Assembly: GCA_951813325.1 (NCBI GenBank)
Contig: OX638350.1
Location: 575,316 to 639,315, forward strand
From: an uncultured Acidimicrobiales bacterium
Lineage (GTDB): Bacteria; Actinomycetota; Acidimicrobiia; Acidimicrobiales; Bin134
Reading direction: 5' to 3'
Length of the DNA stretch: 64,000 bases
Below are positions 46,809-55,983 of the stretch, in pieces; position 1 is the stretch's first letter, and the number at the start of each line of letters is the position of its first letter. The position numbers were made by a program, and so were the translations under genes. Below the pieces are notes generated by a model that saw only the letters and a list, made by a program, of their open reading frames with translations, did no database searches and was not told where the DNA came from.

Positions 46809-49046
46809 TCAGCCCTGATTGGCCCTGAGCGCGTGCCAAATCTTCTCGGGGGTGCATGGCATGTCGATATGGGCGACGCCGAGGTGGGAGAGGGCGTCGA
46901 TGATGGCGTTTTGGACGGCGGGGGGTGCGGCTATCGCGCCGCTTTCGGCTACGCCTTTGGCGCCGAGGGGGTTGCGGTCGGTGGGGGTTTCGATGAAGTG
47001 GGTTTCCACGTCGGGGACGTCGCTGGCTGCGGGGACTAGGTAGTCGGCCAGACTGGTGGTTAGGGGGTTGGCGTCGGTGTCGTAGCGCATCTCCTCGAAT
47101 AAGGCGACTCCGATGCCCTGCACGGCGCCGCCTTGTACCTGGCCCGAGGCCTGGACCTCGCTGAGCACCCGGCCGCAGTCGGTGACCGCGACGTGGCGGA
47201 TGAGGTCTACTTCGCCGGTCTGGGTGTCCACCTCGACTACGGCGACATGGGTGCCGCCGGGGAAGGTGGGTTGGCCTTGGTCGAAGGCGGCATCGACTTT
47301 GGTTCCGGCCAGGTCGACCAGCGGGATTCCCTGTGTGGGGGTGCCTCGTACGCCCAGGGTGCCATTAGGGCGCAACTCGACGTCGGCCACGGCTGCTTCG
47401 AACCGCTCGGCGGCCCGTTCTCTCAGCTTGTCGTGCAGCTTCGTGGTGACCTCCACGGTTGAGCTGCCGGCCAGCGACGCTGACCGGGAGCCAAAGCTAC
47501 CCAGCGATGATCGGAAGCGGCCGGTGTCGGGGGTGGGTGCTGTGATCAGGGCAGGATCCAGGCCCAGGGTGTCGGCGGCTAGACGGGCGATGACGGACTG
47601 CATTCCCTGGCCTATTGGGGCCACTCCGGCATCGATTTCGATGCGGCCGTCCTCGGTCACCCGGGCCGAGGCCGGTTGGCAGGGTTTGTGGCGACCGGTG
47701 AAGTCGGCCCAACAGCTGATGCCGACGCCGATCAGGCGGGTGTTTCCCGAAGTCCGGCGGGCGGCTTGGTCTGCTCGAAGTTGCTGGTAGCCGACGAGCT
47801 CGAGGGACTGCTCCAGGGCACCGAGATGGTTGGCTTCGTCCATGACCAACTCGCCGGGCGTCTGGCGGGGGAAGTCCTGAGGCCGCAGGAGGTTGCGACG
47901 TCGAACATCAGCCGGGTCCAGATCCAGGACGCGGGCCAGTTCGTCCATGGCCCGCTCTAGCAGCCCGATGGCCTCAGCCCGGCCTGGGCCTCGGTAGGGG
48001 CCGGTGGGAACCGTGTTGGTCATGACCGCCGAGGCGGTAACCGCAGCGTGGTCGATTCGGTACGGGCCAGGGATGAGCCGCTGGGTTTGCAGGGGCTCGA
48101 AGGCGCCCATTCCCGCGTAGCCGCCCACATCGGCGGATACCGCGGCCTCCAGCGCGGTGACGGTGCCCTGTTGGTCGGCGGCGAGGGTGATGTGCTGGCG
48201 CTGGTCGCGGGCTTGCATCGACAGCAGGTTTTCGAGGTGGGTTTGGACGAAGCGCAGCGGGCGGTTCAGCCGCAGGGCCAACTGCGCAGCCACGGCAAAC
48301 AGGCCGTTCTCACCCCAGCACTTGCCTCCGAAACCGCCCCCGATGGGGGGAACCACCACGCTGATCTGGTCGTCGGCGAAGGCCAGCGTGTTGGCCAGTT
48401 CATCGTGGGTCAGGGCGGGCATCTGTGAGTTGATGTGGATCGCCACTCGGTCGCCATCGGGGACGACCAGGCCGGCGATCCCCTCAATGGGGGAGCACGC
48501 CACCCGGGGATAGTGCTGGGAAACGGTGACGGTAGCGTCGGCGCAGTCGAGCGCGGCTCGGACGGCGGCCAGATCGCCAGACGGGACGGTGAGCACGGTG
48601 TTGGAACCGTGCTGGGCGTGCAGGATTGCAGCGTGTTCGCCGGTGGCAGCGGCCAGATCGGAAATCGGGGGCAGTGGCTGGTATTCCACTACCACCAATT
48701 CGCAGGCGTCGGCCGCGACCGCTTCGCTGACCGCAACTACCGCGGCCACCGCCTCACCGACATAGGCCACTGACCCCTCGGCCAGCGGAGGTCGGCTGAT
48801 TTCTACGGGGGTAACCCCCTCCACGCTCGGCTGGTTGACCAGATCGAGATCATCAGCGGTGAACACTCCAACCATGCAGTCGAGGGCTTCGGCAGCCGAT
48901 TTGTCGATGTCGACAATTTCGGCCCGGGCCACTGAAGACCGGACGAAACCCAACCACAGTGCGCCCTCAGCCCTAATGTCGGCGCCGAAGCGGGCTTGGC
49001 CGGTCAGCAGGTCGAAATCCTCGACCCGCCCCGTCCACAGATCCAC
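46809..49046 (-). CDS. xanthine dehydrogenase/aldehyde oxidase/CoxL-family molybdopterin-binding large subunit
   Basis: About 745 aa from VDLWTGRVEDFDLLTGQARF. Typical a/b-hammerhead and Mo-binding domain pattern (GGGFGGK, GPYRGPGR, ...GAKGVAESG). GTG 49046 overlaps the stop of the upstream gene. Confidence 0.85.
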   Translation of the reverse strand: MDLWTGRVEDFDLLTGQARFGADIRAEGALWLGFVRSSVARAEIVDIDKSAAEALDCMVGVFTADDLDLVNQPSVEGVTPVEISRPPLAEGSVAYVGEAVAAVVAVSEAVAADACELVVVEYQPLPPISDLAAATGEHAAILHAQHGSNTVLTVPSGDLAAVRAALDCADATVTVSQHYPRVACSPIEGIAGLVVPDGDRVAIHINSQMPALTHDELANTLAFADDQISVVVPPIGGGFGGKCWGENGLFAVAAQLALRLNRPLRFVQTHLENLLSMQARDQRQHITLAADQQGTVTALEAAVSADVGGYAGMGAFEPLQTQRLIPGPYRIDHAAVTASAVMTNTVPTGPYRGPGRAEAIGLLERAMDELARVLDLDPADVRRRNLLRPQDFPRQTPGELVMDEANHLGALEQSLELVGYQQLRADQAARRTSGNTRLIGVGISCWADFTGRHKPCQPASARVTEDGRIEIDAGVAPIGQGMQSVIARLAADTLGLDPALITAPTPDTGRFRSSLGSFGSRSASLAGSSTVEVTTKLHDKLRERAAERFEAAVADVELRPNGTLGVRGTPTQGIPLVDLAGTKVDAAFDQGQPTFPGGTHVAVVEVDTQTGEVDLIRHVAVTDCGRVLSEVQASGQVQGGAVQGIGVALFEEMRYDTDANPLTTSLADYLVPAASDVPDVETHFIETPTDRNPLGAKGVAESGAIAAPPAVQNAIIDALSHLGVAHIDMPCTPEKIWHALRANQG

Positions 49047-50461
49047 TACAGGGCTTCTTCGATGACGGTGCCTTTGAAGAAGTCGGGGTTGGTGCCGGCC
49101 CACAGCGACATCGGATGCTCGAAGGTGAACGCCCGGAAGTCGGCTTCGTCGAGGATGCCGTCGTCCACCAGCTCGTAGGCCTCGGGCAGCACGTCGCGCA
49201 CGTCGGGCACGTCCCAGTGGCCTACATCGGAGGCGAATATGCCCTTGACCACCTGGCCGCCAGGGGTCGCCGACCGGTTGAATCCGATGGCGGTCATGGG
49301 GTCGTCGGCCTCGCAGCCGAAGTGGAAGCGGTCCCAGATGGCCAGGATGTCTTCGAGGGTGTCCACCCCGCTGAGGGCGAATTCGTCGATGGTGGCCGGG
49401 TCTTCGTCGGGCTCGCTCAGCATGTGCAGCGCCTCTTTGAGCTGGTCCCGGTGGCTGTTGGCCGCCGGAGTGCCGTAGGTGTCGAACAGCCGGCCCAGTT
49501 CGTCCATGTCCACCGCCGCGGGGTCGTAGTGGCCGATGGCGTCGCGGTTGCGCTTCTCCCAGTGGCCGATCACGTCCGACAGCAGGTTGACCCCCCAGGC
49601 CACGCCCCCCTCCAGGAAGGCCCAGCGCAGCTCGGGGAACCGGTGGGCCACCCCGCCCATGAACACTGCCCGGCACAGGGCCTCGCCGGCGGCGGCGAAG
49701 TTGCCCAGGTGGTTGTACACGTAGTTGGTTTCCGAGGTGCGGCTGCCCCAGCCCATTCCCGTGGAGTGGAAGGTGGGCGACACGCCCAGTTCGGTGCATC
49801 GCTGCCACACCGGGTCGTAGTCGTAGGGGGAGTCCATGCCCAGGGTGTCCATGCGGCGGGCATGGCGATGGCTGGTGTTTTCCCGATCCACCGGGCGGGG
49901 CACCAACCCGGTCAGCATCACCGGGCGCATGCCCAGCTCGCCCACCGCGAAGTCCAGCTCGGCGATGGCCTCGTCGGGGGTGAACATCGGGATGATGGCC
50001 ACCGGCATGAGGCGGTCGGAGTAGGGCTCGAACGCTTGGTGGAAGTAGAGGTTGAACGCCCTCGCCACCCCGAGGCGAAGCTCCTCGTCCTCCAAGCCTA
50101 TGCAGGTCAGCCCGTAGGTGGGGTAGAGCACGGCCAAATCGATACCGATCTCGTCCAGCCGCTCATACAGCAGCTTGGGCAGCAGGGCGGTGGCCCGGTC
50201 GAGGGTGTTGCGGGCCGGCAGCCCCCACCACGCTGAGCGCATCAGCCCGGCGGCCCGGCGCTGCTCCACGCTCAAATCGATGGACTTGCGGGCCCCGTAT
50301 TCCACCACGAGGAATTTGTCCACCAGCTTGGGTCCGCCGACGGTGGCCATGATGTCGTGAACCTCAGGCAGGAACTCGATTATGTGGCCGTCGGAGTCGA
50401 TGATGGGGTGGTCGATGGCGTCGCGGATGCGCCGCACCTCGGCGCTGGGCTCAAAGCTCAT
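49046..50461 (-). CDS. amidohydrolase_2 family protein
   Basis: IIDSDGHIIEF...FASDVGHWDVPD. Paralogue of 41231-42643. Start at MSFEPSAE. Confidence 0.8.
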   Translation of the reverse strand: MSFEPSAEVRRIRDAIDHPIIDSDGHIIEFLPEVHDIMATVGGPKLVDKFLVVEYGARKSIDLSVEQRRAAGLMRSAWWGLPARNTLDRATALLPKLLYERLDEIGIDLAVLYPTYGLTCIGLEDEELRLGVARAFNLYFHQAFEPYSDRLMPVAIIPMFTPDEAIAELDFAVGELGMRPVMLTGLVPRPVDRENTSHRHARRMDTLGMDSPYDYDPVWQRCTELGVSPTFHSTGMGWGSRTSETNYVYNHLGNFAAAGEALCRAVFMGGVAHRFPELRWAFLEGGVAWGVNLLSDVIGHWEKRNRDAIGHYDPAAVDMDELGRLFDTYGTPAANSHRDQLKEALHMLSEPDEDPATIDEFALSGVDTLEDILAIWDRFHFGCEADDPMTAIGFNRSATPGGQVVKGIFASDVGHWDVPDVRDVLPEAYELVDDGILDEADFRAFTFEHPMSLWAGTNPDFFKGTVIEEAL

Positions 50462-50516
50462 GGGGGACACACTACGACCCCGGTTGTGGCCGAAGTCAGG
50501 CGTACACTTCAGAATC

Positions 50517-51929
50517 ATGCGGGGAATCATCAGCTTCGGGGGCTACGTGCCGTACCGGCGCCTCAACCGGGCGGCTATCGCCGGGGTGATGGGTCGAGGC
50601 GGCGGGCGGGGTACCCGATCGGTGGCTTCCTACGACGAGGACACCACCACCATGGGTGTAGAGGCGGCCCGACTGGCTCTGCGGTCGAGCGGGGTCGATC
50701 CCCGGGCGCTGTGGTTCGCCACCGCCGACCCCGCGTACCTGGAGAAGACCAACGCCACCGCCATCCACGCCGCGCTGAGGTTGGACTCTTCGACGGGTGC
50801 GCTGGACTTCGGGGGCGCGGTGCGTTCGGGAGTCGGGGCATTGCGGACTGCGCTGGAATCGGGCGGGCCAACGCTGGTGGTGGCTGCCGACATCCGGGGT
50901 GGGCTGCCCACGGGTGCCGATGAGGCCAACGGGGGCGACGGTGCGGCTGCGTTCTTGGTGGGCGGCGAGGGCGACGGGCCGGTGGTGGCCGAGTTGCTGG
51001 GGACGGCGTCGGCCACCGAGGAGTTTGTGGACCGCTGGCGCCAGCCCGGCTCTCCCAGCACCGGCCAGTGGGAGGAGCGCTTCGGCGAGACCCGCTACGG
51101 CCCCCTGGCTGCCCAGGCCTGGAAAGAGGCGCTGGGCTCCGCTGGCATCGGGGCCGGTGATGTAGACGTGGCGGTGCTGACCGGGGCTCATGGTCGAGCG
51201 GTCAAGCGGGTTTCTGGGCAGCTTGGCGTGGCTCGGGTGGCCGACGACTTGGCTGCGGCGGTGGGCAATACCGGCACCGCCCATCCCGGCCTATTGCTGG
51301 CCAATGAGCTGGAGCAGGCGGAGCCGGGCCAGACCATCGCGGTGGTGGTGTTGGCCGACGGGGTGGAGGTGCTGATCTTGCGGACCACCGAGGCGCTGGC
51401 TGCCTACCGGCCGGTCCTCTCGGTGGCCGATCAGGTCGCCAACGGAGCTGAGGTGAGCTACGCCACATTCTTGCAGTGGCGGGACATGATCCAGGTGCAG
51501 CCCCCCAATCGGCCCGAGCCCACCCGGCCGTCGTCGTCGGCCGCGGCTAGGGCTCAGGATTGGAAGTACGGCTTTGTGGGCAGCCGGGGCACCGAGAGCG
51601 GGATGCTGCACTTGCCGCCGGCCCGGGTGTCCATCCGGCCCGAGGACGAGCTGGACGGAATGGCTCCTGCGCCGATGGCCGATGTGGGGGCCGCGGTGGT
51701 GACCTTCACCATCGATCGGCTGGTGTACTCGGTGAGTCCGCCGGTGGTGTTCGCGGTGGTGGACTTCGACGGGGGTGGCCGGCTCCCGGTGGAGCTCACC
51801 GATGTGGACCCAGAGGCGGTACGCATCGGCCAGCGGGTGGAGATGACCTTTCGGCGGCTGTATGAGGCCGAGGGGATCATCAACTATTTCTGGAAGGCCC
51901 GCCCGGCGAGGTCTTCATCGGGGCTATAG
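50517..51929 (+). CDS. HMG-CoA-synthase-like (thiolase-fold) domain fused to a DUF35-like OB-fold domain, cysteine-free
   Basis: N-terminus MRGIISFGGYVPYRRL...SVASYDEDTTTMGVEAARLAL resembles archaeal-type HMGCS. The C-terminus (VVTFTIDRL...FAVVDFDGGGRLPVELTD...GQRVEMTF) resembles the DUF35 OB fold. No Cys residue anywhere in the 470 aa. Confidence 0.65.
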   Translation: MRGIISFGGYVPYRRLNRAAIAGVMGRGGGRGTRSVASYDEDTTTMGVEAARLALRSSGVDPRALWFATADPAYLEKTNATAIHAALRLDSSTGALDFGGAVRSGVGALRTALESGGPTLVVAADIRGGLPTGADEANGGDGAAAFLVGGEGDGPVVAELLGTASATEEFVDRWRQPGSPSTGQWEERFGETRYGPLAAQAWKEALGSAGIGAGDVDVAVLTGAHGRAVKRVSGQLGVARVADDLAAAVGNTGTAHPGLLLANELEQAEPGQTIAVVVLADGVEVLILRTTEALAAYRPVLSVADQVANGAEVSYATFLQWRDMIQVQPPNRPEPTRPSSSAAARAQDWKYGFVGSRGTESGMLHLPPARVSIRPEDELDGMAPAPMADVGAAVVTFTIDRLVYSVSPPVVFAVVDFDGGGRLPVELTDVDPEAVRIGQRVEMTFRRLYEAEGIINYFWKARPARSSSGL

Positions 51930-51939
51930 GAGGCGACTG

Positions 51940-53133
51940 ATGGCCAGCCATGGCATCAAAGACCAGGTGGCGATTATCGGAATGGGGTGTACCCAGTTCC
52001 GGGAGCACTGGGACAAGGGAACCGACGACTTGTTGATCGACGCTTCTTCGGCCGCGTTCGCTTCCGCGGGGGTGGCCAAAGACGACGTGGACGCTTTCTG
52101 GCTGGGCACGGCCTCCAGCGGGATGAGCGGGTTGACGCTGAGCCAGCCGCTGAAGCTGGAGGGCAAGCCGGTCACCCGGGTGGAGAACTTCTGCGCCACC
52201 GGCTCCGAAGCGCTGCGCCAGGCGTCTTATGCGGTGGCCAGCGGGGCCTACGACGTGGCCATGGCCATCGGCGTGGAGAAGATCAAAGACTCCGGCTACC
52301 AGGGGCTGAACGCCCCGCCCGCGGCCCACGACGGCACCAAGCGGAACCTGACCGCGGCGGCCATGTACAGCCTGGTGCTGCCCGCCTACGCCGCCCGCTA
52401 CGGGGTCGACGAAGACGAGTTGCGCATGGTGGTGGCCAAGATCGCGGAGAAGAACCACCGCAACGGGGCGCTCAACCCGCTGGCCCAATTCCGCCGGGAG
52501 ATGTCGGCCGAGAAGATCTGCGAGATGGCCGCAGTGGCCGGGCGGCTGTCGGTGTTCGACTGCTCCGGGGTGGCCGACGGCTCGGCCGCGGCCATCGTGG
52601 TGCGGGCCGAAGACGCCCACCAGTACCGCGACGACCCGCTTTACATCAAGGCCCTGTCGTTCGTGTCGGGCACCGGGGGCGGGCTGATCGACCCCGACTA
52701 CGACTACACCGCGTTCCCGGAGTGCGAGATGGCCGGGGCCGACGCCTACCGCCAAGCCGGGATAGACGACCCTCGGTCGGCGCTGGCCATGGCCGAGGTC
52801 CACGACTGTTTCACCCCCACCGAGATGGTGCTCATGGAAGATCTGGGCTTCTGCGAGCGGGGCACCGCCTGGAAAGAGGTGCTGGCCGGAACCTTCGAGC
52901 GCAACGGCGACATGCCCATCAACACCGACGGCGGCCTCAAGGCCTTCGGCCACCCCGTGGGGGCATCGGGCCTGCGGATGCACTACGAGTGCTGGCTCCA
53001 ACTCCGAGGCCAAGCCGGCGACGACCGCCAAATCGACCTGTCCACTCGCAACCTCGCCCTAGTCCACAACCTCGGCGGCTACCCCGGCGAGATGGTCTCC
53101 TTCGTCTCCATCCTCGGCCCTGAGGTGGGGTGA
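51940..53133 (+). CDS. SCP-x/lipid-transfer-type thiolase
   Basis: VAIIGMGCTQF, nucleophile ENFCATGSEA, C-terminal EVHDCFT and GGLKAFGHPVGASG. RBS GGAGG. Confidence 0.85.
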   Translation: MASHGIKDQVAIIGMGCTQFREHWDKGTDDLLIDASSAAFASAGVAKDDVDAFWLGTASSGMSGLTLSQPLKLEGKPVTRVENFCATGSEALRQASYAVASGAYDVAMAIGVEKIKDSGYQGLNAPPAAHDGTKRNLTAAAMYSLVLPAYAARYGVDEDELRMVVAKIAEKNHRNGALNPLAQFRREMSAEKICEMAAVAGRLSVFDCSGVADGSAAAIVVRAEDAHQYRDDPLYIKALSFVSGTGGGLIDPDYDYTAFPECEMAGADAYRQAGIDDPRSALAMAEVHDCFTPTEMVLMEDLGFCERGTAWKEVLAGTFERNGDMPINTDGGLKAFGHPVGASGLRMHYECWLQLRGQAGDDRQIDLSTRNLALVHNLGGYPGEMVSFVSILGPEVG

Positions 53134-53149
53134 TGGACTGTCGGGAATC

Positions 53150-53512
53150 TTGATTGAAGGGAATTCCCTAGTATTTGAAGTGAATCATCATCAGACAACC
53201 CACTATCCTGTCATTGAAGACCCTGACTTCGATTGGGGTTGGACTTCTGGTACTATTTACTTTTCAAGATATAAAACCGAAGACATCGCAGTATTTGGAG
53301 CATCTACAATTATAGGCTATGTGTCCCTGCTAACAGCTATCCCTACTGTCATTACAACTCTGATCGGATTGTTGGCTCTGACGATTCTTGCCTGGGCACT
53401 AACCGCATACTACATGAGCAATACTTGCCTCAAGATAAAGATTGGGTTGTCATGGAGTTGGACTGGGCTTAGTCCATTCGTTAATCCTGGCCATTACCAA
53501 TGCGGACAGTAA
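53150..53512 (+). CDS. hypothetical membrane protein (AT-rich island cargo)
   Basis: Two hydrophobic helices (FGASTIIGYVSLLTAIPTVITTLIGLLALTILAWAL). Codon usage unlike the host. TTG start uncertain. Confidence 0.35.
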   Translation: MIEGNSLVFEVNHHQTTHYPVIEDPDFDWGWTSGTIYFSRYKTEDIAVFGASTIIGYVSLLTAIPTVITTLIGLLALTILAWALTAYYMSNTCLKIKIGLSWSWTGLSPFVNPGHYQCGQ

Positions 53513-53554
53513 GGTGGCTAATATGTTAAGCCTTCGAGGATAACCGCAAAACTG

Positions 53555-53917
53555 ATGCTTGATACCATCTTGTCCGTTGTTCCGTTTGTCTTTCTCTTTA
53601 TGATCCTTTGCCTAGTTCTTGACTCAATGGGTATACGGAATATGAAAGAGGAATACGCACTTTCATCTGATACAGGAAAGCGAGTAGTAAGAGTTCTTGC
53701 AATGACTATTGGCGTGTGTGCAATAGCTGGCATAATTGCAAATGCGAGTAGCGGGCTCGTTGCTTTGCCCTTTCTTCTTGGCTCTCTAGCACTTTATGGA
53801 ATGGTAGTACTGAAATATGCTGATATCGTTTCCAGGTGGTTCGGTTCGAGGCGACAACAGTTTGCGAGGATTGCAAGAAACAGTCGCAATTCTGTGAACG
53901 TTACTGAGACAGACTGA
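53555..53917 (+). CDS. hypothetical 3-TM membrane protein (AT-rich island cargo)
   Basis: ATG start, three hydrophobic segments, basic C-terminal tail. No family recognised. Confidence 0.45.
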   Translation: MLDTILSVVPFVFLFMILCLVLDSMGIRNMKEEYALSSDTGKRVVRVLAMTIGVCAIAGIIANASSGLVALPFLLGSLALYGMVVLKYADIVSRWFGSRRQQFARIARNSRNSVNVTETD

Positions 53918-54019
53918 CAATGATGCACAGCGGTCCAGGCACGACATAGAAGTGTGTTATGCCAAGCTTGTCGGTGTACCTGATGTGAGCGCTTGGGATA
54001 GCGATCTAGGTGTGCGACT

Positions 54020-54896
54020 GACGTAGGCCGCTGACGTCAGGGTTGTGTGGTTTTCTGTTTCAGTCTTTCATATGGCGTCTGGCCGCCGAGGGCGCCGTGG
54101 GGGCGGTCGAAGTTGTAGTAGTCCTCCCATTGTCGGGGGCTTGTCGTTGAACAGGTCGGTGTCGTCGATGACGACGCCGTCGAGCATGCGGTAGAACTCC
54201 TCTGAGTCGATGCGGTGCGACCGCTCGACCTTGCCGTTTAGCCTGGGGGTGGCGGGCTTGATGTAGAGGTGGCGGATGCCGCGGTCCATGACGTGCCAGT
54301 GGAAGCCGGATTGGAATTCGGCGCCGTTGTCGGTCTGGATCGACTCGACTCTGAAGGGAAGCCGCTCGAGGAGGTAGTCCAGGAACTGGATAGCGGTCTT
54401 CTGGTTGTTGCGGGGGTAGATGCGCAGCACGCGTATGCCCCAGGCGGTCGAGCACCCTCCACACCCCCGAGTTGGAGATCTCGATGTCGCAGTAGCGCTT
54501 GAGGTACATGGAGATCTTCAGCGGGCCGAAGTGGTAGCGCTGGCGCAGATACACGATCTTGGCCACCACCTCGGAGCGGGTCGCCCTGGGGCTGTGGTGC
54601 GGCTTGGACGAGCGGTCCCTGAGCCCCTCTGCGCCCAGCTCCTCGAAGCGGTAGCTGCTTGTAGAACACAGTCCGGCTGATGCCGTAGTAGCGGCACGTC
54701 GCCGCCACGCTGCCAGACACCTCCTCCGCACAGCGGAGCACCGCCAACCGATGCCGGATCTTGCGCCGCTGCTCTCTGTCGTCCATCAGATCTTCCCCTC
54801 ACGAAAGACCCCTACTCTCAACAACCTCCGTCAGTTTTGGAACTAGACATAGCTCCTCCTTATAGAGCATGTCTCCACAAAAAGGGGGGAACCTCA
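54020..54896 (-). mobile_element. degenerate IS481-family element (frameshifted, internally deleted transposase)
   Basis: Pieces lie in three frames: MDDREQRRKIRHRLAVLRCAEEVSGSVAATCRYYGISRTVFYK / FEELGAEGLRDRSSKPHHSPRATRSEVVAKIVYLRQRYHFGPLKISMYLKR / NQKTAIQFLDYLLERLPFRVESIQTDNGAEFQS...ATPRLNGKVERSH / QWEDYYNFDRPHGALGGQTPYERL. Stop at 54037. Left end TGAGGTTCCCCCC at 54896. The right end is not identifiable. Confidence 0.75.
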
Positions 54897-54959
54897 GGCG
54901 GTATGGATATGCCGTTGATGTTGCTTTGAGCTATCCTTGAATTCTGGAGAAATTAGTAG

Positions 54960-55937
54960 ATGAAAGTACAGATCAGGAGATCTTATTGGTTCCGTGTGAT
55001 AGGACCGATAGGTGTGCTCGCGTCCATCTTGATCGTGGTCTTGGCTACGACTTCGAGCGGTGGTCCTGCTCCAGCGCGATCGTTGAGCGATGTTCCAGGT
55101 TTCCGCACAAGTCCCGAGGGAATGTTCGAGGATGATATGATCGCACTGTGGGAAGCTGTCAACAGAGAGCAGCATGTCCAAGAATGTATGGACCATGCAG
55201 ATTTCGATTACACTATAGAGGTTGCTTTCCCGGCAGCGACTGTATTGCAGGTAGCTCAATCGCTCAATCTTACTGGTAGTTTAGATTCGGCTTCTCAGTT
55301 GGCGGGACGAAGCGATTCTCATCAAGCCGCATACGTGGATACGCTTACAAAGCCTGAGCGCAATCAGTACTTCCTGACTTTGTCTGGGGAAACCGCCGAA
55401 GATGTAGCCAGATTTGATGCTACCGGCGAGCTACCCGAAGGACGTAACGAATTTGCTAGAGGCGGCTGTTACGGTGCAGCTCGAGACGCTCTCCCTGGTC
55501 TCTATAAGCTCAGACGTGAACTCATACCTGAAGTCATAGAAGAAAAAGCAAGAGAATCAACTGAATTGCCACCTTGTGTCACTGCGAACGGCGTTCGAAT
55601 CAAGAATCTACAAGTGTTGGAAGAAGTCTACGAGCTAAATGGGAGTGCTGAGCAACTCGAATCGTGCGAGGAATCCCTGGTCCAGGCGAATGAGATAGCA
55701 CGAAAACTTGCCGATGCTACAGTGTTTTCTCGGCACAAGGTGCGGCTCCTCGACCAAGATAAGCGTTACAGGTCCGCGCTCGACGAAATCGAATCGGATC
55801 GAGAGTTCTTGAAGTATTTTGATGGCCTCGTCATAGATCTGGAGCGCGAGCTGGCTGAACTGTCGGCGGTTGACCGCCGCGTAGCGACACCGACGACGCT
55901 GCCTGTTCCACCGCTACCGCACTCGTCATATCCATAG
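54960..55937 (+). CDS. hypothetical membrane-anchored/secreted protein (AT-rich island cargo)
   Basis: GGAGAA RBS 8 nt upstream. N-terminal TM/signal segment VIGPIGVLASILIVVLA. Helical, four Cys, Pro-rich tail. No family recognised. Confidence 0.5.
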   Translation: MKVQIRRSYWFRVIGPIGVLASILIVVLATTSSGGPAPARSLSDVPGFRTSPEGMFEDDMIALWEAVNREQHVQECMDHADFDYTIEVAFPAATVLQVAQSLNLTGSLDSASQLAGRSDSHQAAYVDTLTKPERNQYFLTLSGETAEDVARFDATGELPEGRNEFARGGCYGAARDALPGLYKLRRELIPEVIEEKARESTELPPCVTANGVRIKNLQVLEEVYELNGSAEQLESCEESLVQANEIARKLADATVFSRHKVRLLDQDKRYRSALDEIESDREFLKYFDGLVIDLERELAELSAVDRRVATPTTLPVPPLPHSSYP

Positions 55938-55983
55938 TTCGGCCAGCGCACCGACCCTCAGGCCTAGCTTCAACGGGAACACC

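Noticed and set aside
49047-49808. N-terminal 254-aa extension of the tracked 999-aa molybdopterin-subunit ORF
   Set aside because: The extension is Arg/Pro/Gly-rich and overlaps the amidohydrolase_2 gene in another frame. Family-like sequence starts only at VDLWTGRVEDF (GTG 49046).
53518-53733. 71-aa minus-strand ORF inside the AT-rich segment
   Set aside because: It is fully antisense to the better-supported 3-TM ORF 53555-53917, which has an ATG and a GAGGA upstream, and it has no features of its own.
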